The translations under genes and the position numbers were made by a program. This document shows, piece by piece, positions 10,283-21,872 of a DNA stretch of 64,000 nt. The stretch spans positions 512,001 to 576,000 of the forward strand of contig CBDHDF010000002.1 in the NCBI GenBank assembly GCA_965261545.1, read 5' to 3'. Below the pieces are notes generated by a model that searched no databases, was not told where the DNA came from, and was given only the letters and a program-made list of their open reading frames with translations. The stretch is from Bdellovibrionales bacterium (GTDB lineage: Bacteria > Bdellovibrionota > Bdellovibrionia > Bdellovibrionales > UBA1609). Each line of letters starts with the position of its first letter. The stretch's first letter is position 1.

Positions 10283-11886
10283 TAAGAACCTCCTATGTTT
10301 GGAACAAGACTGTCATATTGAGACAATCTAGGTTGAAGTGGTTTTTGTTGGTCATTCAAATTAATTTTGGTGGGATTGCCTAAGAGCAAATCTTTTATGG
10401 ATTTAAAGTCGAAAATCTCACGACTTTCTAATTGAAGCTCCATGGCTGTAGATAAGTCCTGCCAACTCACATGCTGAATCAAGTTGATAACTCTTAAATA
10501 TTCATGCTCGGCACGGCTTGAATCTTGTTGCTTGAGGTATTGATAAAAATTTTCAAACACATTTGTTGGAAAAAGAATGGATCGGTGAGCCCATCTTACC
10601 ATGGCTTGCGGCTTACGAACTAAAGAGGGAAGGATATGTTCAAGAAGAAGACTATGCTCCCCATCAGGTTTTCTTTGATGGCGAGCGACAATTTCTTGCT
10701 TCCCTCCTGCACGATAGATCGTGACATGATAGGGACCCTGTACGGTTTTACAGGGAGCTTGGATCACCTCATCAGGTATGGAATATGTGGTTTTACCTAT
10801 TCTCAAAGTCCCATAACCATTACTTTGACAAATATTCACCTTACAGAGAATATCTTCATCTCGTGGAGGCAAAGGCTTAAGAACTTTGGCCTCCTCCTCA
10901 AAGCGAGATTTGGTGGAGTCACTCTGATGCTGATCCATATAAGACTCTAAAAACTGATTCAAATGATCCCAGTCTTTAAAAACAATTCCTTTGTTTCTAA
11001 CAATATTTTTTATCCGAGAACTGAAGGTTCGAATATCACGCTCCACATCTCCCTTGTCAGAGCCCTTCCCTGCGCGGCAGGGAAGAACCTTAAATCCATA
11101 GTATTGGATGGCTCGATCAAAAGATTGGGTGTAAATTCGCTGATTTCCTTTAAGAACTTTCTTCACACAGGGAGATAAATTATCAATACGGATGTTCGCA
11201 CTCATCCCACCTATCTTTTCAAAAAAAGCATGCACCCCATCGATGAAACACTCATAGACAAGAAAGGGGTAGGCACGAACCCAACAGGTGCCACTACAAG
11301 GCAATGTTCCAAAATGGAGATGAACGATCTGAACACCATCGGCAAATGGTAAAGCAACCTTCTCCTTAAAATCAAACTGAGCCTGTTCTCCAGGATCATA
11401 TCTTTGGCTGAAAAAACGCTCCTTGGGGCGAGAACCAAGAATCTCACAAACTCTTCTCTGAACCGTTCTCTCACTCCCACGATAACCCTCCTCAACTAAT
11501 AGCTCATATATTTCACGGGCGGTGTTACTTGGGTTCAACTTCAAAAAGTACTTCACCCGATCCATATATCCATTAAGGGGATCTGGGCGAGTTCTTTTGG
11601 ACCTCGCCTTGTACTTCGGTGGGGTGTTGGACTCACAGTACTTGCGCACCGTCTTACGATTGATCCCTAATTCACGAGATATTTCTGTCTTATTTTTACC
11701 ACTGTGACTCAGGTCACGAATGCGGCCGAAAGTGTATTGACTAATCATAAGATCCTCCTCATTGCTAACCTTTTGAGTTGCAAGAGGGAGGCACTCTGTG
11801 AGCTTAGTATCTATATCAGAAGAAGAGACTTCATTGTCTAGTATTTGAACACTCCCTGAAGATTGGTCACTTTTCATTGGCGACAA
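10282..11886 (-). CDS. istA: IS21 transposase (true start possibly the later MISQYT)
   Basis: HTH ISRELGINRKTVRKY, PGEQAQFDF, IDN, KGDVER. Confidence 0.93.
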   Translation of the reverse strand: MSPMKSDQSSGSVQILDNEVSSSDIDTKLTECLPLATQKVSNEEDLMISQYTFGRIRDLSHSGKNKTEISRELGINRKTVRKYCESNTPPKYKARSKRTRPDPLNGYMDRVKYFLKLNPSNTAREIYELLVEEGYRGSERTVQRRVCEILGSRPKERFFSQRYDPGEQAQFDFKEKVALPFADGVQIVHLHFGTLPCSGTCWVRAYPFLVYECFIDGVHAFFEKIGGMSANIRIDNLSPCVKKVLKGNQRIYTQSFDRAIQYYGFKVLPCRAGKGSDKGDVERDIRTFSSRIKNIVRNKGIVFKDWDHLNQFLESYMDQHQSDSTKSRFEEEAKVLKPLPPRDEDILCKVNICQSNGYGTLRIGKTTYSIPDEVIQAPCKTVQGPYHVTIYRAGGKQEIVARHQRKPDGEHSLLLEHILPSLVRKPQAMVRWAHRSILFPTNVFENFYQYLKQQDSSRAEHEYLRVINLIQHVSWQDLSTAMELQLESREIFDFKSIKDLLLGNPTKINLNDQQKPLQPRLSQYDSLVPNIGGS

Positions 11887-12315
11887 CCTCCATATTGAAA
11901 GTGGGACATTTTAATTGGCGACGGCTTTAAGGGAAGCCTGTCTTTAGAAAGAAATTCCATGAAAATTGAGGCAAATGTTGGAATCTTGTGGAATTTAAAT
12001 ACTTTAGAAAATGGGCACAGCCTAAACAGGCTTTTCTTGACTATATATTTAACCTCATTGAAATCCAGAAACAGTCTACAAATGACAAATATGGAACCTG
12101 AATAGGCTGTCATGGAAGGACTCTCCAACACGGAGCCCCTTTCCAGGTCGACAAGAACCCAAAAGGAGTTCTTATCAGCTCGGAGCCTTTTTATGAGTAA
12201 TATCAATTGATTATATGCGTCTCGGTTGACAATGCCAAAAATCACCATAGGTCCTCCTCTGAAAAGTGGCCACTTTTCATTGGCGACGGTGGGGCATTTT
12301 AATTGTCAGCTAACA

Positions 12316-12448
12316 AGAGTAACTAAAAGAGGCCAATTATATAGACCAGCGAAGCTGTCCACCGAGTTGCTTCGTGCAAAGAAGTGGGGGCCTAGATAAG
12401 ATTCATGGGCGTGGGTGGGGAAGCAAGGCGCCCCCATGAATGTTACAA
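12316..12448 (-). repeat. Copy of the left non-coding end found upstream of the IS110 gene (47491-47624)
   Basis: Reverse complement of 47491-47624; cut by IS21. Confidence 0.8.
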
Positions 12449-12828
12449 TAAATGAAGAATAAAATATCAAAAATCATTTCTCTGAAAAAACCCGTCAAGT
12501 ATTTTTTTAAATTAACACGCAATGCAATGTTGCTTTCCTGAAGGAGGTTGGAAATCAGCACCGGTGGAATAGGGTTGACTCAACTCTTCCATGCTCACAT
12601 CAAGCAACGAGCATTCGATGGCTATGTGGAATAGTCACTGAATGAAGGGGAGGGACTGTGAAGGGTTCGTAACGGGGGGGAGATGTTCACTTATTTTATT
12701 TTTCCGTTTTATGTAAGTGGTTGATTTTACATGGATTATGTTTGAGAGCCTCCATTTTAAAGCATAAAATCTAAAGGGAAGGCGTGTAAATACTTAAAAC
12801 TACTTAACTTTCTTCCCTGGACAGGAAC
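12449..12828 (-). mobile_element. Diverged left-end fragment of the ISDol1-type IS
   Basis: Reverse complement of about 2902-3270 with substitutions. Flanked by TAGATA, matching the TAnnTA target. Confidence 0.85.
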
Positions 12829-13465
12829 TAGATAGCAAGAAAGAAGGGCCGTAAGCCGCAAGGTTGAAGTGATTGAGCCTCGAAAGCCATTCCATGTGTG
12901 GTGGTCGACACTGTGAGTAAGGTGGAAGACAATCACCCTTTGTAACTGAGGAGAACAAGGGTGGCGCCGCGGGGTCTGAGAGCATGGCACTTCTTGAAGG
13001 TGTATTTGTGAACGTGAGACCCTCATGTTCCCCTAGGATGGGGTATTGCCAAACAAGCCTAAACAGCGAGAATGGTGAAATGAACGAACATGAGGGAGTC
13101 AGCGAGTCCATGTACCGATGAAGCGAGTAACGACCGTGGAGGGAAGGGGCTTAGGTAACTCTAACCTTTGAAGAGAAACGTAAATGGGATTAACAAAGTC
13201 CAATAACATTACGGAAACGAAACTGAAGAGGGTAGTTCATCTATCTGGTGAGGATCCCAAGATGGTTTTTTCATGGGGTTAATGCCCCATGTGAACAGGG
13301 AGTCACTCGCTGGGTATTTCCATGAGTTGGATGGGATGAAGACTGTGGGAATAGATCGATATTGATATAGTTGAGTGAGTGGAGTTATCGTCCGCCTATT
13401 GCCTTAATTGGGCACGATGCGGTGGGAACGGGGGTTGGGCCGGGTAACCGGCCCTTCTACCCAAT
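12829..13465 (+). mobile_element. Degenerate group II intron with internally deleted RT/maturase; 5' end lost
   Basis: Domain I-III-like motifs (GAAGTGATTGAGCCTCGAAA, GCGGGGTCTGAGAGCATGGCAC, GGAGGGAAGGGG). IEP remnant (T)ETKLKRVVHLSGEDPKMVF/GLMPHVNRESLAGYFHELDGMKTVGID at 13211-13360. Domain V/VI-like 3' end GGGCCGGGTAACCGGCCCTTCTACCCAAT. Confidence 0.8.
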
Positions 13466-13582
13466 ATTGCCTACTGTTTAAGAAATAGGAAACCTAGAAT
13501 CCAAGCTAGTGAGCATGAGGAAGCCTTCTAAAGGCTTTCTAAAAAAAACAAAACTGGGTTTAAGCTATCATCGGAAAATACT

Positions 13583-15637
13583 TTAACCACCATCATCGAG
13601 TCCATCGTCACTAATACTCCAACTACGATCTATGAGGGCGCTCCGTGCATCAATAGCACTATTATTGTATTTTGAATTTCCACCATGGAATGAGATATTA
13701 TTCTGTTGTGAGGTGGTGTGGATTTGGTTGAGCAGGCTGCTGTATATTCCCGTGGGAAGGGTGAGTCCTTCAAGCATGCTACTCATGTCTGTGACACTAA
13801 GGAAATTCCATTGAGTCATATCGGGTTGAGCCATTGGGGCTTGCCTAAACATAGAACTCATGTTTGTGACATTGGAGACATCCCAACCGCTGACGTCGGG
13901 ATTGGCAACATCTGCCCCATCAAACATATAACTCATGTTTGTGACATTGGAGACATCCCAACCGCTGACGTCGGGATTGACAACATCTGCCTCATCAAAC
14001 ATATGACCCATGTTTGTGACATTGGAGACATCCCAATCGCTGACATCGGGATTGGCAACATCTGCCAAATAAAACATATAACTCATATTTGTGACCTTGG
14101 ATGTATCCCAGCGACTCACATCGAGATCGGCCATATTTGCATCGGAAAACATAAAGTTCATATTTGTGACCTTGGATGTATCCCAGCGACTCACATCGAG
14201 ATCGGCCATATTTGCATCGTAAAACATATAACTCATATTTGTGACCTTGGATGTATCCCAACCGCTGACGTCGGGACTAGCAACATCTGCCCCACCAAAC
14301 ATATAACTCATATTTGTGACCTTGGATGTATCCCAACCGCTGACGTCGGGATTGGCAACATCTGCCTCATAAAACATATAACTCATATTTGTGACCTTGG
14401 ATGTATCCCAACCGCTTACGTCGGGATTGGCAACAGATGCCTCAGAAAACATAGAGTTCATGTTTGTGACCTTGGAGACATCCCAATCGCTGACATCGGG
14501 ATTGGCAGCTTCTGCATCATAAAACATGCTACTCATATCTGTAACCCCAGAAACATTTCCTCCACTTAGATACTCAAGGGCTTCGCATTGCCTAAAGGCT
14601 CCTTTTAAACTCCGCCACCCCACATCACCAAGATCTTTCACAAAGATGAGTTTTAACCTATGTGCTGTAGCCTCGCTATCGAAATTCCAAGCCTCAAGGG
14701 TCCCCGAAATGGTGACAGTGTAATCTCCAGCTTCGGCGTAAATATGAGTGATATCGCTGTCATCATGGGACGTGATCTCACTGGAGGAATCATCCCCCCA
14801 ATCCACAGTAAAATTATACTTGTATCCTGAGGGCAAGGGGAGAGCGATGGCTTCACTTGTTTGAGAAGTTCTCCAAACAGAGACAAAGAAAGAGAACCCT
14901 CCATCACTGATACTCCACCCTCGTTCTTTTAAGAGTTGTCGGATATTTTCGGAACGGCTGTCGTACTTAGAGCTCCCCATATCCAATGTGAAATTTTCCT
15001 GGCTGGAGGTTTCATAAAGTCGCTGAAGGAGTGTGTTATAGACCCCTGTGGGAAGGGTGACTTCACTGAAAGTCTCATCCATCTTTGCCAAAAGAGCAAA
15101 ATTCCATCCACTGAAGTCTATTTTCTTTATAGAAGTCACTCCTTTAAACATGCGATCCATGTTTGTGACATTGGAGATGTCTCCTCCTCCTACTTGGCGA
15201 AGGTTGCTGCAACCCTCAAAGGCTCCCTCTAAGTTGATCCACCCCATATTCCCTAAGTCGGTCACAGAAATGAGTTTGTCTTTGCTCCCACTGTTGTTGA
15301 AATACCAAGCCTCAAGCTCCCCCGAAATAGTGACGGTGTAGTCTCCAGACTCGGCATAGGTATGAGTGATATCGCTGTCATCATGGGATGTGATTTCACT
15401 AGAGGCACCATCACCCCAGTCCACAGTGAAATTATAATTATACCCTGATCGCAACGGAAGAGTGATGGACTCATTTTCACTGGACAAACGCCACACAGAG
15501 ATAAAGGAAGAAGCTGTCACAGAAGGAGCTTGCTTTGTATCACCACAGCCTAAAAGACTCGCCATGGTCAGGCCAACAGAGAGACCCATGGTGAGTAAAG
15601 GTAGGGTGCATCTTGTAAAAGTTTGTAATGGAGTCAA
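13583..15637 (-). CDS. BspA/DUF285 repeat surface lipoprotein with two PKD-like domains
   Basis: Lipobox LLGC; FTVDWGD...HTY...GDYTVTISG twice; 25-aa WDVSNVTNMSYMF repeats; AGGAGG RBS. Confidence 0.9.
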   Translation of the reverse strand: MTPLQTFTRCTLPLLTMGLSVGLTMASLLGCGDTKQAPSVTASSFISVWRLSSENESITLPLRSGYNYNFTVDWGDGASSEITSHDDSDITHTYAESGDYTVTISGELEAWYFNNSGSKDKLISVTDLGNMGWINLEGAFEGCSNLRQVGGGDISNVTNMDRMFKGVTSIKKIDFSGWNFALLAKMDETFSEVTLPTGVYNTLLQRLYETSSQENFTLDMGSSKYDSRSENIRQLLKERGWSISDGGFSFFVSVWRTSQTSEAIALPLPSGYKYNFTVDWGDDSSSEITSHDDSDITHIYAEAGDYTVTISGTLEAWNFDSEATAHRLKLIFVKDLGDVGWRSLKGAFRQCEALEYLSGGNVSGVTDMSSMFYDAEAANPDVSDWDVSKVTNMNSMFSEASVANPDVSGWDTSKVTNMSYMFYEADVANPDVSGWDTSKVTNMSYMFGGADVASPDVSGWDTSKVTNMSYMFYDANMADLDVSRWDTSKVTNMNFMFSDANMADLDVSRWDTSKVTNMSYMFYLADVANPDVSDWDVSNVTNMGHMFDEADVVNPDVSGWDVSNVTNMSYMFDGADVANPDVSGWDVSNVTNMSSMFRQAPMAQPDMTQWNFLSVTDMSSMLEGLTLPTGIYSSLLNQIHTTSQQNNISFHGGNSKYNNSAIDARSALIDRSWSISDDGLDDGG

Positions 15638-15879
15638 AGCTTACCTCCTTCGCTCATATTTTCTTCTTTTCACCTTTTTTCTTCTCAACTTGATATAAAA
15701 AGATGTAATATATATTATATGTGCACTCTGGTTAAGGTGAAAACGCTGACTTGGATTTATGGACTTTATAAATAAGAAGATCGAAGGAAATCCTGCTCAA
15801 GGTCGTGGCCTCTAACCCACATTTCTCACAAAGATATACTGGAATTCTGACTGGATATACCCATAAAATTTACTGGAAA

Positions 15880-17159
15880 TATAGTGGACCCCAAAAACAG
15901 ACTGGTTGCTAAGTTACACCGCAGCGGGTAAAAAGCCCCTCATAGGAGGGGATAATGAGAAAGAAACACAGCGCACAATTTAAGGCCAGAGTCGCACTTG
16001 ACGCCATTCGTGAGACTGACACAATGGCAGAGTTGGCCTCCAAGCATGGAGTTCACCGCATCCAAATCCAAGATTGGAAGAAGCAAGCTATTGAAGCCAT
16101 TCCTAAGGCCTTAGCGAGCAAAAAAAAGGACAACAACGAGGTAGAAGAACAAAGAAAAACCATTGATGAATTGTATCGGCAAATAGGGCAGTTAAAGGTT
16201 GAAAATGATTGGTTAAAAAAAAAATCTGAGAGCTTCAATGCCTGAGAAAAAAGCCGCTATCAATTGGAAACATCCAAATATTTGTGTCACTCGCCAATGT
16301 GAGTTGCTAGGACTCTCTAAGGGAGCCTTGTACTACAAGCCCATACCTGAGAGTGCCTACAACTTAAAACTGATGAGTTTAATTGACAAACAGTACTTGG
16401 AGACCCCTTTTTATGGGAGCCGTAAAATGGCAGCTCACTTAAGACTTAATGGCCATGGGGTCAACCGCAAGAGGATTCAGCGGCTCATGGAAAAGATGTG
16501 TCTTTTCGCTATCTTCCCAGGTCCAAACACCAGTCAGCGAAACCATCAGCATAAGGTTTATCCCTACCTACTTAAGGGGCTTAATATCTGCTCCCCCAAC
16601 CAAGTGTGGGCTACTGATATTACTTTTATAAGGTTGTCTGGTGGCTTTGCTTACTTGGTAGCTGTGATAGATTGGTTTAGCCGATTTGTTCTGTCTTGGA
16701 GACTTTCTAATAGCCTTGAGACAACTTTTTGTTTAGAAGTCTTTGAGGAAGCCATAGAAACATTTGGTTGCCCTGATATCGTCAATACTGATCAAGGGTG
16801 CCAATTCACTTCTGAGGTTTTCACAAAATTATTGAAAAATCATGGAATCTCGATCAGTATGGACGGCAAAGGCAGGTGTTTAGACAACATTATGATCGAG
16901 CGGCTTTGGCGGTCTGTTAAGTACGAAGAGGTTTACTTGAAAGGCTATCAAGACAAATCAATGGTTCAAGCCAACAAAGGTTTTAAAACGTATTTTAATT
17001 TTTATAATAATAAAAGGCCACACCAGTCTCTTCAGGATTGCACCCCTTATCAGGTGCATATGGGAGAGGTGGATTTAACACATTAACACGGGGCTTCTTT
17101 GTGCGCTGTGGTGTAGCTTAAAAATCAAGTTTTTCAGTCTGACATTGGGGTCCACCTCA
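15880..17159 (+). mobile_element. IS3-family element copy 1 (orfA 15955-16245, orfB 16238-17086)
   Basis: IR TATAGTGGACCCCA / TGGGGTCCACCTCA; poly-A frameshift site; WATDIT, DQGCQFTS and IERLWRSVKYE motifs; 3-bp AAA DR. Confidence 0.95.
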
Positions 17160-17359
17160 AAAGGCACTAGGGATGTAATATGATTGATTCCGATTGTATA
17201 ATCGTAAATTCAGAAAAAGAGATAATCGATTTTGGGGTGGATAATACTCTCATCTTGATAGATCCAGTAATAATTTCCGTCACTTTCTTATTCTGAATAG
17301 CATCAATTAAAGAGACCACTATGCTATTTTATGATAAAAGAAAGAATGAAGCCCCTTAC

Positions 17360-17743
17360 TTATTTCTTATATGTTGTAGATCTTTTTTTGATAAGCCCCC
17401 AGCGAACTCTCAGAAACTTCGCTAAACGCACAAATTCAACTCTTTCTTGTGATGTAATCTTCTGACCAAACTTAATCCATTCAAGCTCAGAGCCACCTAC
17501 CTTGGGGGTTTCTAAATAAGGAAGGTTTGAAAGAAGGTTTGGATTGACTCCACGTGCTATAAGAAGGCGAACCAAAGTGTCGGCATTAACGGACTTTCTT
17601 CCAGACATGGTGCGTAGTGTTTCCGGACTCAGGCCAGCCTTTTTGGCAACCTCAGACCTTTCTTTAGGTTCCATGCCCTTTGGAACAACAAACTCCATAA
17701 GGCTTTCAGTAATAGATTTAACTTGCTTGTCCAAGATGGCCAT
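17360..17743 (-). CDS. HTH (XRE-like) transcriptional regulator, copy A
   Basis: EVAKKAGLSPETLRTM HTH; paralog at 19568-19951. Confidence 0.7.
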   Translation of the reverse strand: MAILDKQVKSITESLMEFVVPKGMEPKERSEVAKKAGLSPETLRTMSGRKSVNADTLVRLLIARGVNPNLLSNLPYLETPKVGGSELEWIKFGQKITSQERVEFVRLAKFLRVRWGLIKKRSTTYKK

Positions 17744-17933
17744 AGAACTCCCCCTTCCAATAGATTATCTCTCCAAGGGTTATTCTTTGTTATAAAATAA
17801 TTGTTACAAAAATATTGATTTAGATATGATATTTGGTAATGTGACTCTGTAGCTTTTTTCCTCTGAGTGACTCCAAGTCACATGAAAATTCCTAAAGAGG
17901 AATAAAGAGGACAACTTTACAAAGGACAGTAGT

Positions 17934-18302
17934 GTGGCTGAAGTAAGCAAGTACAGGATTCAAGATATATTTGACTCATACGAAGACTATATATTGTATC
18001 TCAAAAAGACATATTCTCTTTTTCAAGATTTAAAGCAAAGTAAAGACCCATCATTCTCAAAGATTGTTCCAGAGTACCTCGAAATTGAGTTCATCCAAAC
18101 TCTTAAGGCTCCAAGACTCTATTATCCGAGAAATAAGGGGGTCATCATTGTACAATTACCTTTGGGAAAAAGTGCAGGATTAAAACAGAAGGAAGCTCTA
18201 CGCTCCAAGGCTCTCATTACTTTTTCGGCTATTGTAAAAATAAACGAAAAAGCCATGGCTGAAGAATTTGCCATGAGCCTCAAGTTGTTTGAATCAGAAT
18301 AG
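17934..18302 (+). pseudogene. Truncated or chimeric copy of the kinase-like gene 18540-19367
   Basis: First about 49 aa match the N-terminus of 18540-19367, then the sequence is unrelated. Confidence 0.65.
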
Positions 18303-18352
18303 CCATTTGAGGGCCTGCGAAGGATGAAATGAATATTTATCAGAAAGTCTTA

Positions 18353-18440
18353 GGGCTTATAAAAAATAAATTGAACTAAAATTGTACTGTTTTACTTTAA
18401 GATCTAATTGAATAAGCTCAATTTATTTTTTTACAAGCTC
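18353..18440. mobile_element. 88-bp MITE, same family as 1424-1511
   Basis: IR GGGCTTATAAAAAATAAATTGAAC / GCTCAATTTATTTTTTACAAGCTC with TTA DR. Confidence 0.65.
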
Positions 18441-18539
18441 TTAGTTCATTGGTAATGGACCAAAAAAATGATACTTGATCTACTCAATTTAATGGCACTA
18501 CCTCTTTAAATCAATTATAATTGTCAGCTAACAGCAGGG

Positions 18540-19367
18540 CTAGGAACTTAACCAATTGTGAGTAGGAAAGTAAACTTGGACTTGATTCCCATGGTTTTTC
18601 AGGCTTCTTGCAATCACTCTTCCTCCATGCAACTCAATAAAACATCTTGCGAAATAAAGACCTAGACCACTTCTTTTCTCCAAACTCTGGCACTTTGAAG
18701 ATTTACGAAATTCTTTAAAGGCTCTATTGCATTCTTCGAGACCTATATGAGTTCCTTTTTTAATGAACTCAATCCTAACTTCACCTTGTATTCTTTGCGT
18801 TTTAATCAATATGTACCCACCCATCGGTGAAGACTTTATGGCACTTAGGATAACCTCGGCCATAGCTTCATAGAAGAGGACTCCATCTACCCCTATCATA
18901 GATATGGGATCAAGCTGTCTTTGAATAGTGATTTTTTTCTTTTGTGCACAGAAGCTGGAATCTTGGATGATATTTTCGATAATTTCACTTATATCTATGG
19001 AAATCTTAAGAGATTTGATATATTTGAGTTTAATTGTTTTCAACATGCGATCTATATTTTGATTGATCTCACAGGCTTCGTAGTGTAGGCATCTGGCTTT
19101 AGCTGTAGACTTGGGAGGTAAGTCTCCAGAAGATGAACGAGCACAAATGGACTGAATTTCAAGCATAGGTGCTTTTAAGTCTTGGGCCATAAAACTTAAA
19201 TCGTCTTCTAACTCCTTTTTTAGATACTCTGAAATAATTCCTGGAAATGATGGACCTTGACTCTGCTTTAAATCTTGAAAAAGAGAATATGTTTTTTTGA
19301 AATACGATATATAGTCTTCGTATAAATCAAAGATGTCTTGATCCCTATATTTGCTTATCTCAACCAC
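18540..19367 (-). CDS. Histidine-kinase-like protein (HisKA-HATPase) with degenerate motifs
   Basis: AQDLKAPM (H-box His to Gln), ILSAIKSSP, GLGLY..IELHGG. Confidence 0.75.
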   Translation of the reverse strand: MVEISKYRDQDIFDLYEDYISYFKKTYSLFQDLKQSQGPSFPGIISEYLKKELEDDLSFMAQDLKAPMLEIQSICARSSSGDLPPKSTAKARCLHYEACEINQNIDRMLKTIKLKYIKSLKISIDISEIIENIIQDSSFCAQKKKITIQRQLDPISMIGVDGVLFYEAMAEVILSAIKSSPMGGYILIKTQRIQGEVRIEFIKKGTHIGLEECNRAFKEFRKSSKCQSLEKRSGLGLYFARCFIELHGGRVIARSLKNHGNQVQVYFPTHNWLSS

Positions 19368-19567
19368 ACGACCCTTCCTTTGTAAAAGTTGCTCTCCTTC
19401 TTTCCTCTTTGAAGTTTTCCATGTGGTTTGGAGTCACCCAAAAGGAAAAAACGAAAGGCTATAGGGGCACAATACCAAATATCATATCTAAATCAATATT
19501 TTTGTAACAATAATTGTATAGCAAGGCATAAACCTTGGGGAGATAATCTACTAGACGGAGGGGTTCT

Positions 19568-19951
19568 ATGGTCATCTTGGACAAGCAAGTTAAATTCATT
19601 ATTGAAAGCCTTATGGAGTTTGCTGTTCCAAAGGGCATGGAACCTAAAGAAAGAGCTGGAGTTGCCAAAAAGGCTGGCCTGAGCCCTGAAACACTACGCA
19701 CCATGTCTGGAAGAAAATCTGTCAATGCTGATACTTTGGTGCGCCTTCTTATAGCCCGTGGAGTCAATCCAAAACTTCTTTTAAATCTTCCTTATTTAGA
19801 AACCCCCCAGGTAGATGGTTCTGAGCTTGAGTGGATCAAGTTTGGTCAGAAGATGAAATCACAAGAAAAGGTTGAGTTTGTGCGTTTAGCGAAGTTTCTG
19901 AGAGTTCGCTGGGGGCTTATCAAAAAAAAATCTATAGCATATAAGAAATAA
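19568..19951 (+). CDS. HTH regulator, copy B
   Basis: Close paralog of 17360-17743 in inverted orientation. Confidence 0.7.
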   Translation: MVILDKQVKFIIESLMEFAVPKGMEPKERAGVAKKAGLSPETLRTMSGRKSVNADTLVRLLIARGVNPKLLLNLPYLETPQVDGSELEWIKFGQKMKSQEKVEFVRLAKFLRVRWGLIKKKSIAYKK

Positions 19952-20229
19952 ATAGGGGGACTTTAATTGGCTCCCGATGGAATGCCAAAGCTAGAAAAGA
20001 AGCGACTTCGAGAGTCTGCTTCTTGGGAATATCAGCCACAACGCATGGCGGCGTTAGGGATTCACTGTCGACACTGATGCTTGGCATGAGATGGCCCAAA
20101 GGTATTGTGAATTTACCAATAACCAAGCCTTCAAGTGAACCTCATAACTATAAACACCATAATGGTTATTGAAGGAGCCTTTATGCACCCTGTAAACCAC
20201 GAAGATGCGCCTCCAGTGTTTCTCAGTGC

Positions 20230-21872
20230 CAGCAATTCCCGTCGAAAAATAGTTTAGGCCACAGTAGCGGCTTCCAAAAGATTCGCCTCAAAAAGAGTTC
20301 GTAGACTTTTGCCTAAGTATCTGTTTGAATATTTGTTGTTGCACATCAGACCAAGGAGGGTTCGTCATGTCGCATCAACATTTTAGAAAAGGTCTATCCG
20401 CTTCAGGAATGTATTCCCTGCTACACAGTAAATCTCTTGCAGTTCCAGATATAAGATCGCAGCGTCCCCATAGGATTCCTCTGAGCGATGCCATTATGTC
20501 ATCTGTGGCAATGTTTGCCTTGAAAGATCCATCCATGCTTCAGTTTTGTGATCGTGTCCATGACCCAGTGGCAAAAAACAACCTACACCATTTGTTTCAA
20601 ATAGGCCAAATTCCTAGTGATACGGCTATGCGAGAGATTTTAGATCCTGTTCCAACCCGTGAGTTTCAAAATTTTTTTAAATCTTTGTTTACCGTAGCTC
20701 AAAGAGGGAAGGTTTTGGAGGGTTACCCATATTTGGGTGGAAAATATCTTCTCAGCATTGATGGAACAGGTGCCTTTAGCTCCTCGACTATTCATTGTGA
20801 GAATTGTTGTATAAAGAATCATCGTGATGAGACGAAGACCTACTATCATCAAATGTTAGCAGGAGTGATTGTTCACCCCGATAAGAAACAGGTTATACCT
20901 ATTGCTCCAGAGCCCATTTCAAACACAGATGGATCGAGCAAAAATGATTGTGAGCGTAATGCAGCCAAACGACTCCTTGAAGATTTTCGCAGGGAACACC
21001 CTCACCTTCCAGTGATTGTTATTGAGGATGGATTGGCTTCCAATGCTCCTCACATCACTCTTCTTAACGAATTAAAATTAAGTTATATTTTAGGCTGTAA
21101 GATGGGGGACCACAAAGTTTTATTTGAGTTTGTAAATGGAGCAGATAGCTTAGGAACAGTTTCTCACTTCACCGTGGTAGAGAATGGAGTGACACATGAA
21201 TTTCGATTCATAAATGATGTTTCACTCAATGATTCAAATCCTGATTGTCGAGTGAATTTTATTGAATACAAAGAAACGAAAGCAAACGGTAAGGTTCAGC
21301 ACTTTAGCTGGGTGACTGACATTGAGATCAACGAAGACAACATAATGCAAATAATGAGGGGGGGAAGAGCACGCTGGAAGATAGAAAATGAAACATTTAA
21401 TACGTTAAAGAATTTGGGTTACAACTTTGAGCACAATTTTGGCCACGGCAAGCAAAATTTGTGTAACAATTTAGCCGTGATTATGATGCTGGTATTTTTA
21501 GTGGACCAACTTCAACATTTGGCCTGTAAATTGTTTCAAAAGGCGGTAGAAAAAGAGAGGAGACTATCTTATCTATGGGATCATATGAGGGGGTATTTCC
21601 ATACCCTATACTTTAAAAATTGGCAGGAACTCCTCGCCATAATGGCTTATGGGATTAAGCCTATTGCTGCCTCAGATGTTTTCGACACATCATGAGCAGC
21701 CATTTTTCTCAAAGTGCCCCAAAGAGTTTAACGTATTTGCCCTAAACTAAAGTCTGGACATTCGCCTCTAAATGGCGAAGACGGGGAGGTTTACCTTATT
21801 CGATGCAGTGCAATTCTCACACTGAGATTTGGAGGAATTTCAATGTTTTTTCAAGCTCGGCGGGAATTTCTG
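20230..21872 (+). mobile_element. IS4-superfamily/ISNCY-like IS with DDE transposase (20325-21695)
   Basis: IR CAGCAATTCCCGTCGA / TCGGCGGGAATTTCTG, 9-bp DR TCTCAGTGC; IDGTG, EDGL and RWKIENETFNTLK motifs. Confidence 0.9.

Larger units (their letters stand above)
9070..12315 (-). mobile_element. IS21-family element type 1, copy 1
   Basis: TGTTAG...CTAACA ends with internal repeated IRs; istA and istB present; no flanking DR. Confidence 0.93.

Noticed and set aside
9334..12248. Small ORFs 9334-9624 and 11874-12248 and their copies as IS21 passenger genes
   Set aside because: They overlap istB, the hairpin or the terminal repeats, have no recognisable motifs, and recur only because the IS is duplicated.
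13632..15698. Plus-strand ORFs over the DUF285 gene
   Set aside because: Antisense shadows of the 75-bp repeats.
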